From NCBI GenBank assembly GCA_001794125.1, contig MGJF01000013.1:450-64449 (forward strand): DNA of 64,000 nt, written 5' to 3'. Source of the DNA: Candidatus Yanofskybacteria bacterium RIFCSPHIGHO2_01_FULL_43_32. Its GTDB lineage: Bacteria; Patescibacteriota; Minisyncoccia; 2-02-FULL-40-12; GWA2-44-9. The notes under the pieces were generated by a model, which had not been told where the DNA came from, searched no databases, and saw only the letters and a program-made list of their open reading frames with translations. Both the position numbers and the translations under genes were made by a program. Numbering within the stretch: the first letter of the stretch is position 1; the number at the start of each line of letters is the position of its first letter. Shown piece by piece: positions 44,511 through 54,390 of this stretch.

Positions 44511-44521
44511 GCTACCGCGGA
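44450..44521 (-). tRNA. tRNA-Asn (anticodon GUU), CCA not encoded
   Basis: The reverse complement is TCCGCGG-TA-GCTC-AATGGTA-GAGC-G-GCTCC-CTGTTAA-GGAGA-TGGTT-CCAGG-TTCGAGT-CCTGG-CCGCGGA-G. Confidence 0.8.
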
Positions 44522-44675
44522 ATATTTTGTTAATACTGACAAGTAGAATTTTAGCATAAAATTCAAATAATTCAATTCTCTTCCACGTCCTGGTTGCAGG
44601 GCAACGATAAAAACATATTGACAAACAATAAGCAATAAATTAAGACGGAGATATAAAAATCCATAAACATTACCC

Positions 44676-45155
44676 ATGAAAAGAAGCTCAACAATATTTC
44701 TTCAGGTAGTCATTGTGCTTATTGGCATCCTGGCGCTGGTCATCATGATCCGGTTTCCCTTGACCGAGGGTAGAGCTGTAAATTTAGATTTGTTCAATAT
44801 CTATTTTGATCCGTTCATTGTGTATGGGTACTTAGCGTCTACCCCATTTTTCGTTGCGCTGTATCAGGTGTTTAAATTACTCGGATACATCGGGCAAAAT
44901 AAAGTATTCACACCAAGCTCCGTAAGGGTTTTTAGGAATATAAAATATTGCGCAATCATATTAAGTGTTTTAATTGTGATGGCCGCACTATATATAAGGA
45001 TATTTCATGCTACAGATGACGATCCGTCTGGCTTTATTGCCGTGGCTATTGTGGCTACTTTTATTTCTATCGTAATCGCTACTGTGGCGGCTGTGTTTGA
45101 AAGAACCACACAAAATGCCGTGGATATAAAATCAGAAAACGATTTAACTGTTTAA
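44676..45155 (+). CDS. Multi-pass membrane protein (DUF2975-like)
   Basis: It has four TM helices. It pairs with a downstream XRE regulator, as in yozG-type cassettes. Confidence 0.5.
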   Translation: MKRSSTIFLQVVIVLIGILALVIMIRFPLTEGRAVNLDLFNIYFDPFIVYGYLASTPFFVALYQVFKLLGYIGQNKVFTPSSVRVFRNIKYCAIILSVLIVMAALYIRIFHATDDDPSGFIAVAIVATFISIVIATVAAVFERTTQNAVDIKSENDLTV

Positions 45156-45157
45156 TT

Positions 45158-45364
45158 ATGAATAATATCGTAATAAATATTGATGTAATGCTGGCAAAAA
45201 GAAAGATGAGTGTTACTCAACTTGCGGAGAAAGTTGGAATAACGATGGCAAATATTTCTATTTTGAAGAATGGAAAAGCTAAAGCAATTCGTCTATCAAC
45301 TTTGACGGCGATTTGTAAAGCTTTAGATTGTCAGCCCGGGGATATTTTAGAATACAAAAAGTAA
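45158..45364 (+). CDS. XRE-family (Cro/C1-type) HTH transcriptional regulator
   Basis: The protein contains MSVTQLAEKVGITMANISILKNGKAKAIRLSTLTAICKALDCQPGDIL. Confidence 0.75.
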   Translation: MNNIVINIDVMLAKRKMSVTQLAEKVGITMANISILKNGKAKAIRLSTLTAICKALDCQPGDILEYKK

Positions 45365-45410
45365 TGCTTATGATGACTTTTAATCTATGCGGTTGTGATA
45401 TTGTCTTTAT

Positions 45411-45581
45411 ATGAATCCCGTACTAAAAATAATAATGTCCATTTTCGGAATATTATTCGGGGCGTTTATGTTTGTATATGGCGGAATTGATGATAGTCCC
45501 GGAGGGCAATTGTTAGGACTCTTAGTGGTTATCATCGGAATTGTGGGTATTATAAAGAGTAAGAAGAAAAATTCTAGCTAA
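45411..45581 (+). CDS. Small membrane protein (56 aa; below ORF-track cutoff)
   Basis: Manual translation gives MNPVLKIIMSIFGILFGAFMFVYGGIDDSPGGQLLGLLVVIIGIVGIIKSKKKNSS. Confidence 0.35.
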   Translation: MNPVLKIIMSIFGILFGAFMFVYGGIDDSPGGQLLGLLVVIIGIVGIIKSKKKNSS

Positions 45582-45635
45582 AATAGGTTCTAACACCACA
45601 GGGTAAGCGGAGCAGATTAGTGGAAACCAAAAACC

Positions 45636-45666
45636 CAGTTAACCGGGTTTTTGGTTTTTCATTTCC
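45636..45666. terminator. Hairpin AAAAACCC-AGTTAACC-GGGTTTTT
   Basis: It lies between the obg 3' end and the small plus-strand genes. Confidence 0.55.
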
Positions 45667-45674
45667 CATTGTTC

Positions 45675-46637
45675 TTATTTTTCCTCCGCAATCTTGTTGA
45701 GAATTTTCTGAACCGAGGTGATAGAGTCCATATCATGAATTGAAAGAACCGACGCGTTCTTGTTTAATTTTTTTAGCTTCGTTAGCTTCTTTTTAATTAT
45801 GGCCGTATCGGACATATCGGTTTTGCTCAAAAAAAGATATTCGTCCTTTTCCAATAAAGACTTGTTATAAGCACCGAGTTCTTTGCGGATTGTTTTGTAA
45901 TCTTTAACAGGGTCTTCTGATTCGGCGGAGACAAGATGGAAAAGAACGCGGGTTCGCTCAACATGACGGAGGAATTTAACTCCCAGACCCTTGCCATCGG
46001 ACGCGCCTTCAATAAGACCGGGAATATCGGCAAGAATTAGATCGTAATAGACGCCCAAGTGCGGTTCAAGCGTGGTAAAGTGATAATTAGCCACCTTGCT
46101 TTTGGCTTTGGTAAGCTCGTTCAACAAGCTTGATTTACCGACATTAGGAAGTCCGATAATGCCGATGTCGGCAATCAGTTTGAGCTCAAGACGGATGTTG
46201 AATTGCTCTCCGGGCAGACCTTCCTGAAATCTTTTGGGACTGGTGGCATGGGGCCCGCGGAAAAGAAAATTTCCCTTACCGCCGTGTCCGCCTTTGGCAA
46301 CCAAAACCTGTTCGCCTGTCTTAATTATTTCTTGGCTTGTTTTGTTGGTCAGGTTGTGAATTACCGTTCCAACCGGAACCTTAATGACAAAATCCTCTCC
46401 GGCTGTGCCGTCATTCAACTGGTGTCTGCCGTTCTTGCCGTCTTCGGCCTTAAAAACCTTCCGGTTGCGAAGGGCATTCAAAGCGCCGAGGTCGGAGACG
46501 CCGATGAACAGAATATTGCCGCCGTTGCCTCCCCTGCCGCCGGTCGGGCCTTGAGCGCCTTTATTCTTGTTGAAAGCAATGATGCCATCGCCGCCTTTTC
46601 CGGCCTGAATCCTAATTGTAAGGTCATCAATAATCAT
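45675..46637 (-). CDS. obg: GTPase Obg (short form without C-terminal TGS domain)
   Basis: The N-terminal glycine-rich Obg fold is AGKGGDGIIAF...GGRGGNGGN. The G1 motif is GLPNVGKSS, G3 is DIPG and G4 is SKTD. Confidence 0.85.
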   Translation of the reverse strand: MIIDDLTIRIQAGKGGDGIIAFNKNKGAQGPTGGRGGNGGNILFIGVSDLGALNALRNRKVFKAEDGKNGRHQLNDGTAGEDFVIKVPVGTVIHNLTNKTSQEIIKTGEQVLVAKGGHGGKGNFLFRGPHATSPKRFQEGLPGEQFNIRLELKLIADIGIIGLPNVGKSSLLNELTKAKSKVANYHFTTLEPHLGVYYDLILADIPGLIEGASDGKGLGVKFLRHVERTRVLFHLVSAESEDPVKDYKTIRKELGAYNKSLLEKDEYLFLSKTDMSDTAIIKKKLTKLKKLNKNASVLSIHDMDSITSVQKILNKIAEEK

Positions 46638-46782
46638 GCCGATATATTATACCACAAAGCCCCAATTCTTGCATTATTTGTAGATTTAGCGTATAATGGG
46701 TATTAGTTAAGATAAGAGACGCCCGCCTGACGGCAGGCAGGGAGGTCGGGTTTCTTAGTAAAACATAAAGTTAAATTAAAAA

Positions 46783-46983
46783 ATGACTGGAACAATAAAG
46801 AAAAAGATCGAGGACAGAGCATTCGGATTCATTTCACGAGAAGGTGAAACAAAGGATCTTTTCTTCCACAAAGACGATTTGAATGGCGTGACATTCGAAG
46901 AGTTGAAGGAAGGCGATGCTGTTACTTTCGATGTGGTTCAGGGCGAAAAAGGCCCGGCCGCCAAGAACGTACAGCGAGCTTAA
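46783..46983 (+). CDS. Cold-shock protein
   Basis: MTGTIKKKIEDRAFGFI carries an RNP1-like KGFGFI variant. Length is 66 aa. Confidence 0.8.
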   Translation: MTGTIKKKIEDRAFGFISREGETKDLFFHKDDLNGVTFEELKEGDAVTFDVVQGEKGPAAKNVQRA

Positions 46984-46989
46984 TAGACT

Positions 46990-47030
46990 CGATTTTAATA
47001 AAACAACCCCGCCATGGCGGGGTTGTTTTA
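46990..47030. terminator. Hairpin ACAACCCCGCC-ATG-GCGGGGTTGT + T-run
   Basis: Bidirectional, between csp and rpoD. Confidence 0.6.
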
Positions 47031-48260
47031 TTATTCGTAACCCTTAAGTTTTCCGAGTTTGTGATGCTGGCGGATTTTTTCAAGCGCTTTGGCTTCAATC
47101 TGTCTGATGCGTTCTCTGGTAACGGTAAACACTTTGCCGACCTCTTCAAGAGTATGGGTAACACCGTCGTTAAGACCGAACCGCATGTCAAGTATTTTTT
47201 GCTCTCTCGGGGTCAGGTCGGAGATTATTTCATCAATGTATGTCTTTAAAATTTTGCGCGCGGCGGACATTGAGGGCGATATGGTATCCTCGTCGGGAAT
47301 AAAACTCTCCAGAGAACTGTCTTCGTCTTCATCCCCCACCGGCGCTTCAAGAGAAATGGTCTCCTGGGATATCTTCTGGATATGTCTTACTTTTTCCACT
47401 TCCATTCCCATTTCCGAAGCAATCTCTTCCGGCATCGGATCGCGGCCCAAGTCCTGGACCAAACGCCTTACGACCTGCTGATATTTATTGATGGTTTCCA
47501 CCATGTGAACCGGAATGCGGATGGTCCTGCCCTGGTCGGCTAAAGCGCGGGTGATGGCCTGTCTTATCCACCAAGTGGCATAGGTAGAGAACTTATATCC
47601 TTTTTTATAATCAAATTTTTCAACGGCTTTGAACAGACCGATATTCCCTTCTTGGATGAGATCAAGCAGGGTCAAATTGGCCGAACGGCCGACGTATTTT
47701 TTGGCGATGGAAACAACCAAGCGAAGATTTGAGACGGCCAACTTCTGCCTTGCCGACTCATCATTCTTCTCAATCTTTTTTGCGAGCTCAACCTCTTCGT
47801 CTCCGGTAAGCAAAGGATACCGGCCTATCTCTTTCAGATACATCTGAACCGAATCAGACGCAACATCGCCGAATTCAGTTTCTATTTTCTTTTTCTCGTC
47901 GTATTCTTTGACTTTTTCTTCTTCAAAGACCTTTCCCGATTCTATTATGTTTATATTCGCCGATTCCAGCCGCTCATAAAGAGCCTCCAAACCTTTGATG
48001 TCTTTTTCTATGCTGGGAAAGGCGCTAAGAACTTCCGCCTGGGTCACAAAGCCCCTTGACCTGCCTTTTTCAATTAAAGCCAAAACCCCGCTCTCCGAGA
48101 TCGGGCTTTTCTTGCCTGTCTGCCGATGGGCACGGCTGCTTGCTTGCTTTCCTTTGGATCTTCTGGCGACTTTCTTTGCTTTCTTTGTTTTTTTAGCTTT
48201 CTTCTTTACCTGTTTTCTAACCGGCTTTTTAACTTTCTTCTTTTTTAGTTTTTTCTTCAT
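47031..48260 (-). CDS. rpoD: RNA polymerase sigma-70 factor
   Basis: Region 2 is [59 protein letters not shown]. Region 4 is [27 protein letters not shown]. Confidence 0.9.
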   Translation of the reverse strand: MKKKLKKKKVKKPVRKQVKKKAKKTKKAKKVARRSKGKQASSRAHRQTGKKSPISESGVLALIEKGRSRGFVTQAEVLSAFPSIEKDIKGLEALYERLESANINIIESGKVFEEEKVKEYDEKKKIETEFGDVASDSVQMYLKEIGRYPLLTGDEEVELAKKIEKNDESARQKLAVSNLRLVVSIAKKYVGRSANLTLLDLIQEGNIGLFKAVEKFDYKKGYKFSTYATWWIRQAITRALADQGRTIRIPVHMVETINKYQQVVRRLVQDLGRDPMPEEIASEMGMEVEKVRHIQKISQETISLEAPVGDEDEDSSLESFIPDEDTISPSMSAARKILKTYIDEIISDLTPREQKILDMRFGLNDGVTHTLEEVGKVFTVTRERIRQIEAKALEKIRQHHKLGKLKGYE

Positions 48261-50041
48261 ATTTTTTGTATTTCGCCCAACCTGTTTAAAATTTTATTCG
48301 CATCTGCTGCTAAGGCCAGCTTTTTTTCTTTATCATTTTCCGCCCTCATTTCAAATCCTATTTTTTCCAGTTTTAGCCGAAGACGGCGTTCTTCCAATTT
48401 ATTCAAACAGCGGATAAATTCTATTTTCAGCTCTTCATCTTTTTTATCTTTCCATTTTTCTTGTGAATCGATGTATGCAAATTCTAATTTATAGCTTTGT
48501 TCTTTTTCCCTAAACTCTTTTAAAAGATTCCCTAAATTTGTAAAATCTGCGCCCGCCAGTCCGATAATTGCTTTGGCCGTTTCCAAATCCAATAACTCCG
48601 TGTTTATATTTTTTAATTCTTCTTTGAAAAGAGCGGGGTTCTTCATAACCAATGATAATAAAGTTTCGTTTAACGGGTCAGCCTGAACCGGCGATTCACT
48701 GCTTGCAACCGGCGACCCCGGTTTAATTTTTTGGTCGTTGGCCGCATACGCTTCCAAATCATCCTTTGCAACCGCGACATCAGCCTCTATTGCCTCTTCT
48801 TTGGTTCTCAAAAAAAATGCCAACCGGGTCAGCCAATGGTCTCTCTCCACTTGGCTCGTCAACCTCTTCAGAAACGGCGCTAAAGCGGAGATAACGGATT
48901 TTTTACTTTCAACCGAATCAGGGTCAAATCCGGCTTTGGCCTTATTGAAATAGAATTCCAGAACCGGCTTGGCTTGGCCCACCGTTTCAGACCAGGCCGC
49001 GGAATTTTTGTTGACCAGATCCGCCGGATCCTTGCATTCCTTATCGTTTATCTCAACAACTTTTATATTAAAATCCCGGCTAAGAGCCAAACCTATTCCT
49101 CTTCTGGTCGCCATCGCTCCCGCCTGATCGGCATCAAAACAAAATCCCAAATTAGTCGTGTATCTGTGAAGCAATGTCAGATGATTAGGAGTCAAAGCTG
49201 TTCCGGATGAAGCTACGACGTTTTTTACTCCTGCCTGGTGAGACATCAGAGCGTCCATATTGCCTTCCACCAAAACACATTGATCGGCCCGCTTAATATC
49301 CATCTTCGCTTTATCGAGCCCGTAAAGAATTCTTCCTTTGTCATATATCCTGGTCTGGGGAGTGTTTATGTATTTGGCGGCTTCTTTATCATCGGATTCA
49401 AAAATCCTTCCGGTAAATCCCGCCACTTGCCCGTTCAAATCCGAAATCGGAAACATTATTCTTGAACGGAATCTGTCGTATGCCCCCGAGCCGTCGTTTC
49501 TTTTGATCGCCAATCCGGCTTCCACTGTTTCGTTCTCCGAATAGCCGCAATCCCTCAAAAATGTCCCGAGGGCGTTCCAATCATTGGGCGCAAAGCCCAG
49601 CCGGAATTCTTTGACAGTGTTATCATCAACTCCGCGGCCTTGAAGATATTCTAAGGCGCGTTTCCCGGCATTTGAAAGAAACTGTTTTTCAAAAAACTTT
49701 GTGGCTGATTCGCAAACTTCATATAATCTTACCTTATCGTCTTTGACGGCTGGATCAAATGAACGCAGCTCAATCCCGGCTTTAGCGGCAAGAACTCTCA
49801 AAGCGTCAATAAATTCAACGCCCTCTATTTCTTTTACAAAACCGAACATATCGCCGCCCTTTGAGCATCCGAAACAGTGCCAAACTTGGCGTTCCGGAGA
49901 TACGACAAAGGAGGGGGTTTTCTCGTTGTGAAAAGGACAGCGGGCCTTGAAATTCATGCCCGCTTTTTGCAGCTTCAAATAACCGGAGATAACATCGACA
50001 ATATCAAGCCTGTCTTTAATTTTGGAGACATTATCTTCCAC
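48257..50041 (-). CDS. dnaG: DNA primase
   Basis: The zinc-binding motif is [25 protein letters not shown]. The TOPRIM segment is [11 protein letters not shown]. The dnaG–rpoD operon has a 4-nt overlap. Confidence 0.9.
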   Translation of the reverse strand: MEDNVSKIKDRLDIVDVISGYLKLQKAGMNFKARCPFHNEKTPSFVVSPERQVWHCFGCSKGGDMFGFVKEIEGVEFIDALRVLAAKAGIELRSFDPAVKDDKVRLYEVCESATKFFEKQFLSNAGKRALEYLQGRGVDDNTVKEFRLGFAPNDWNALGTFLRDCGYSENETVEAGLAIKRNDGSGAYDRFRSRIMFPISDLNGQVAGFTGRIFESDDKEAAKYINTPQTRIYDKGRILYGLDKAKMDIKRADQCVLVEGNMDALMSHQAGVKNVVASSGTALTPNHLTLLHRYTTNLGFCFDADQAGAMATRRGIGLALSRDFNIKVVEINDKECKDPADLVNKNSAAWSETVGQAKPVLEFYFNKAKAGFDPDSVESKKSVISALAPFLKRLTSQVERDHWLTRLAFFLRTKEEAIEADVAVAKDDLEAYAANDQKIKPGSPVASSESPVQADPLNETLLSLVMKNPALFKEELKNINTELLDLETAKAIIGLAGADFTNLGNLLKEFREKEQSYKLEFAYIDSQEKWKDKKDEELKIEFIRCLNKLEERRLRLKLEKIGFEMRAENDKEKKLALAADANKILNRLGEIQKI

Positions 50042-50100
50042 GATTCAGCAATTTTACCATGAATTTGCCCAAAAGAAAAGTCCCGCAAAGAAAAAGGCTT

Positions 50101-53100
50101 TTATCTTCGGAAGGTATCTGCGAGTCCTATCAGGGCCTGCAGACTCGAGGTCAGAAAACGGTTCAAGATTGACTTGATTTTTTGATTGAGTATCTGTCGA
50201 AGCGGCTCTTGTTTTTCCGATGAACTGGCTATGGGCGAAAAGCTGGACTGCAAAATATTAATAGAGCTTAATGTCAGCGGGCCAACATAGCCTGTGGCCG
50301 GTATTCCGTATCTTGTTTGGTAGGCCTTAACTCCGGCCAAAGTCAAAGAACCGAAGTAACCGGTGACCGGGCCGGTGTAGACGCCTTCGCGGGTGAGAAG
50401 TTCCTGCAGAGATTTGACATCTTCGCCTTGAAGACCGAAACGAAGATAGCGCGAAAACTTTACCGGAAGAACGGGGCTTTTGCCCGATTTAAACTGTGTA
50501 AGAATCTCCGCCCCCAAGTTACCGTTGCTGTTCTTGGCAATTTGCGGCTTGGAGGCAGCCGGCACCGCTTTTGAAATTGAAATTGTATTCAGAGAACTTA
50601 TTGTAACCGGACCCACGTAGCCCGTGGCCAAGATGCCGTATTTAAGCTGGTAGGCCTTAACCGCGCTCTGGGTCAAAGAGCCGAAGTAGCCGGTGACCGG
50701 GCCGGTATAAACACCCTTGCGGGTAAGAAGTTCCTGCAGGGACTTTACGTCTTCGCCCTGAAGACCGAGATACAAGTTGCGGGAGAAAAGAAAGGGAACA
50801 TTCGGATTCGGTGTCGGAGAGATTTTTTTACTTGCCGGCAGGACTTGCGGACTCGGAGTTGGAGAAGGAACAGGCGCCGGAGTAGAAACGGGAGGGGTCC
50901 AAGAACCGCCTCCGCCTCCGCCTCCGCCGCTCACAACCGGCGTCGGGGAAGGAACAGAAGCGGTGAATACCGCAAAACTGCTGAAATGTTTTGTCCAAAC
51001 GGCAAGGTCGCTCCCAACATCAATTTTACAATCGGCGCCGGCAGCCAAAGCGTCACCTGTTGTCTGGGAGTCGTCAGCGCATGTTGAGGTAATTTCGGTA
51101 AATGGCCCGCCGTGCGAATAGCCGATGCGTTTACCCGCTTTGCCTTCAATGATAATGCGGATACCTTTGTTAAAAGTAAGCTCCGTGTTTCCGAACCCCA
51201 CCTCAATCACCGATTCTACGGTACCGTCCACGCCCGACACGGAATCATTGGCTTTCACTGTCGGCGCGTTGATAATTCCTGACCACGCCGCGCCTCCGCT
51301 GACCGTAACCTCGTCCGGAATAGACACAGTAACGTTACCCACGGATGTTGCCGCGCTTATAGTAATTTCCGGCAAAACTCCATTGCCATCGTCACCAATG
51401 AGGTTGTTTACGTTGATAGTAACGTCATCTACACCCTCGGGAATAGTGATGCCGTTAGCGGCATCGTCATCCAAAATTACAATTTCATCTCCGTCTGTGT
51501 CCGTTTCCACATCTGCTCCGCCTTCCTGTTGACCTTCGTCAAACGCGGAATCAATAAAAAGAAGATTGTTGGCTTCGTTACCCACCGCATCCGCCACATC
51601 CGCAATCACATCGTTCGCGAATGTTATATCAAACTCCGCATTTCCCGTAATAGTGAGTCCTGAATCATCACTCCATTCATAGCCGCCGGGCTCGTGATCC
51701 GCTCCCGCCGAAATCGCGTTCTCAACCGCCGTCTTTCCGGCAGCAGAAAGCCGCTCGCTGAACGTCATTCCAACGGAGCTACCCGAGGGAATAACATAAT
51801 CCTCGCTCCCGTTACCCAATGCGCTCACAGTCGGCGGGTCGTTGTCGGTTTCAAATTCACTGAATCCGGTAGTCGTAAAAATGAGCGTCTGTGATTCGCC
51901 GTCCCAGCTGAAGCCGCCGAGAGTATGCGAATACTCTGCTAACTCACAATTCTCTTCCTCGTCGCAGATCTCTTCGTTCCAGGAAATAGACACTTCCTCG
52001 GTAGTATTGTTGGATACATATCCGCGAACCGTACCGTCATTCCCTTTTACAACCAGTCCGGGACGATTGGCAGTATCCACGCGCATCCGAAGTTCTGCCG
52101 GAAGATTCAGGGCCTCAAGAGCGCTTGAATCAATGCGTATTTCCTCGCCGCTGATGGTCAAATTTGTCCCGAAATTTGAGAGGCCGGTGATAGTGGCCTG
52201 ATCAGTCAGATTAATGTGATTTTCGGCGTTACCGAGGGTAAGTCGGCCGATTTCGATATCGGTGTATTCGTCTAATTCCTCGTCGTACTCATGCGCGCTG
52301 AATACCAGTTCAGGAACATCGGTGAAATCGCTTATTGCCGACCAATCCGTTGTCGCATCGTTGTTAAGCGCTCCATTTAATTGCTTCGGGTCAATACCGA
52401 ATGCGGCAACAAACATCTGTGCCGGTAAAGCACTAACGGTCATATTTCCGACATCATCGGTAAGTTCAATATTCATAACGTATCCTCCGCTGGTTTCCGG
52501 GAAATATCCAATGGATTCATTCAGTTCCCAAGCAATATCGTTGTCGGGTAAATCAACTAAACCGAAAGTGGCATAATAATCATCGGTGTCGAAATCTTCG
52601 GTGCTGCATTCGTATTCTGGATCATCATCGTTAACTCCCGCAAGACAAACCTTAACCGAAGCAAGCGGATTGCCGTCTGATTCGGCAGCCGCAGTTACCC
52701 GCATTCTGAAAGAGTCGCCGTCGTAGTAATACCAAACAGTCGTCACGGTAGCGGGATCGTCCCCGTCTTGTTTAAAAATCTGGAGAGGGTCCGTATCCCC
52801 GAAAGCGGGCGCTATTGTATCAACGGCTTCAGTCAACGCGCCAGTATCAATAGAAACCGGAGCGTCATCATTATCGCCGTAAGTTAAAGTAACCTTTGAC
52901 GCGTCGGCGGCGCCGGCAACATCAATACCAAAAGCGCCGGCATCCGCAACAAAAATGTTCGCGCTGAAGACGTCGCCCGTACCGCCGTTATCTTCTGTAC
53001 AATATAAAACCGCATCGGCATAGCCGCCATACTTCCGGAGGTCTGCCGTCACTGTGGTACCGGCATCGGCGCACCCGCCGTCATCATTATCCAAGTTCAC

Positions 53101-54306
53101 TTCAACAAGGACGCCGTCGCCGATATTAACAATACCGTTTAAGTCAGCATCCGCATCCAACACTATAGTAGCGGAGTTAATGGTAATCGCAGACGGAGGG
53201 TCGATACTGAATTTGGCTAATGTCATCCCCGCAGGAGCGCCCGCGCTATATCCAACGGGGTACGATGCATGAACCGTATCCGTGGGTTTCCCCCACGTCC
53301 CCGACATATTAAATGTGTTATCGGTTACCAGAATAAAGTCATCGGCCGGTTCGAAAGGGCCGCCATAAGCATAATCAACATACACCGCCAAGCGGGTGTC
53401 GTTGTTGTTAGTGAACGTATTCTGGTCTACATGAAATGAATTAAATCCGCTGGCCGACATTAGGCCAAACAAAATAACAGAACTTCCGTTTCCCGATTGG
53501 TGGTCTACGGAGTTACCCTGAATCAGAATGTCTACATTGGACAGAGCGTTCATGTTAAAAAGCGCAAATTGCGAATGGCTGTCTGAAATATTGTTTAAGA
53601 TCCGGATCGAGTCGTGATAAAACGGCCCGGCTCCCAATCCTTCAAAGAGCATGGCCGCTTTTCCGCTCGGTCCTCCGTTAAAGGTGTTGGACTCTATGAG
53701 CGTTGTGCCCGCCACCGAGGAGAATTGAAACGAGTTCCGATCTCCGTTAATCAAGTCGATTATGTTCCCCTGAAAGGTCATATTGCTGCCCCCGACGAAA
53801 CCGGCCCGCCGCGTAGCGGCTATATGAGAATTCAACAGGGTAAAGTTGTTGTAAAGCAGGTTCGGATCAATTGCGGAACCTTTCAGCGCGACGTCCAAAA
53901 CTCTCCGTTCGGTCGCATCCGAACCCAGAGTTTTTATATATACGTTCTCAATTGTTACGTTGTCCGCCTGAACGGTTACGCACGCGCCGGATGTGGCGGT
54001 CGTAATGGATGCGTCGCATTCAATAATCGAAGTGGCGCTTGAAACTCCCAAGATGTGGAGTTCTTTGTTGATAATGATGCGGTTGGCGTAATCGGGAACG
54101 GAATATGTTCCGGCCGCAACGCTGATCGTGTCGCCGTTGCTTGCCGCATCGATAGCCGCCTGAATCGTTGAATAATCTGCGGGAACATTTATTGTCGCAG
54201 CCGATGCCGGTGCGGCAACGAAAAAACCGCCCATCAAAGCGGAAATGAAAATAAAACCGGCAACGGTTCCTCTCTTTGACAATTTGAACAAAGCATCTCT
54301 TGTCAT
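50101..54306 (-). CDS. Giant surface protein (1401 aa): signal peptide, N-terminal parallel beta-helix (pectin-lyase-like) region, Gly8 linker, two C-terminal peptidoglycan-binding (PGBD_1-like) repeats
   Basis: The C-terminal repeats are LGLQGEDVKSLQELLTRKGVYTGPVTGYFGSLTQSAVKAYQLKYGI.ATGYVGP.T. Poly-Gly is encoded by (CCGCCT)n at ~50905-50930. Confidence 0.7.
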   Translation of the reverse strand: MTRDALFKLSKRGTVAGFIFISALMGGFFVAAPASAATINVPADYSTIQAAIDAASNGDTISVAAGTYSVPDYANRIIINKELHILGVSSATSIIECDASITTATSGACVTVQADNVTIENVYIKTLGSDATERRVLDVALKGSAIDPNLLYNNFTLLNSHIAATRRAGFVGGSNMTFQGNIIDLINGDRNSFQFSSVAGTTLIESNTFNGGPSGKAAMLFEGLGAGPFYHDSIRILNNISDSHSQFALFNMNALSNVDILIQGNSVDHQSGNGSSVILFGLMSASGFNSFHVDQNTFTNNNDTRLAVYVDYAYGGPFEPADDFILVTDNTFNMSGTWGKPTDTVHASYPVGYSAGAPAGMTLAKFSIDPPSAITINSATIVLDADADLNGIVNIGDGVLVEVNLDNDDGGCADAGTTVTADLRKYGGYADAVLYCTEDNGGTGDVFSANIFVADAGAFGIDVAGAADASKVTLTYGDNDDAPVSIDTGALTEAVDTIAPAFGDTDPLQIFKQDGDDPATVTTVWYYYDGDSFRMRVTAAAESDGNPLASVKVCLAGVNDDDPEYECSTEDFDTDDYYATFGLVDLPDNDIAWELNESIGYFPETSGGYVMNIELTDDVGNMTVSALPAQMFVAAFGIDPKQLNGALNNDATTDWSAISDFTDVPELVFSAHEYDEELDEYTDIEIGRLTLGNAENHINLTDQATITGLSNFGTNLTISGEEIRIDSSALEALNLPAELRMRVDTANRPGLVVKGNDGTVRGYVSNNTTEEVSISWNEEICDEEENCELAEYSHTLGGFSWDGESQTLIFTTTGFSEFETDNDPPTVSALGNGSEDYVIPSGSSVGMTFSERLSAAGKTAVENAISAGADHEPGGYEWSDDSGLTITGNAEFDITFANDVIADVADAVGNEANNLLFIDSAFDEGQQEGGADVETDTDGDEIVILDDDAANGITIPEGVDDVTINVNNLIGDDGNGVLPEITISAATSVGNVTVSIPDEVTVSGGAAWSGIINAPTVKANDSVSGVDGTVESVIEVGFGNTELTFNKGIRIIIEGKAGKRIGYSHGGPFTEITSTCADDSQTTGDALAAGADCKIDVGSDLAVWTKHFSSFAVFTASVPSPTPVVSGGGGGGGGSWTPPVSTPAPVPSPTPSPQVLPASKKISPTPNPNVPFLFSRNLYLGLQGEDVKSLQELLTRKGVYTGPVTGYFGSLTQSAVKAYQLKYGILATGYVGPVTISSLNTISISKAVPAASKPQIAKNSNGNLGAEILTQFKSGKSPVLPVKFSRYLRFGLQGEDVKSLQELLTREGVYTGPVTGYFGSLTLAGVKAYQTRYGIPATGYVGPLTLSSINILQSSFSPIASSSEKQEPLRQILNQKIKSILNRFLTSSLQALIGLADTFRR
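50281..50790 (-). repeat. Two ~180-bp direct repeats (~85% identity) encoding the PG-binding modules
   Basis: The repeats at 50281-50460 and 50610-50790 were compared by eye. Confidence 0.65.
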
Positions 54307-54390
54307 CCTGTATTATTTTAAAACATATTCACGGAAAAGTCAAAATACGACGTTGAGACTGTTTGGTATCAAAAAACCGCATTAGCGGTT

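Larger units (their letters stand above)
40004..44521. mobile_element. Integrated element (phage-like or integrative) bounded on the right by tRNA-Asn; left boundary undefined and may include the R-M island from ~33.3 kb
   Basis: It contains a serine recombinase, superinfection immunity gene, RHH and HTH regulators, a structured sRNA candidate and a GC-rich palindromic patch at 41204-41345. Confidence 0.5.
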
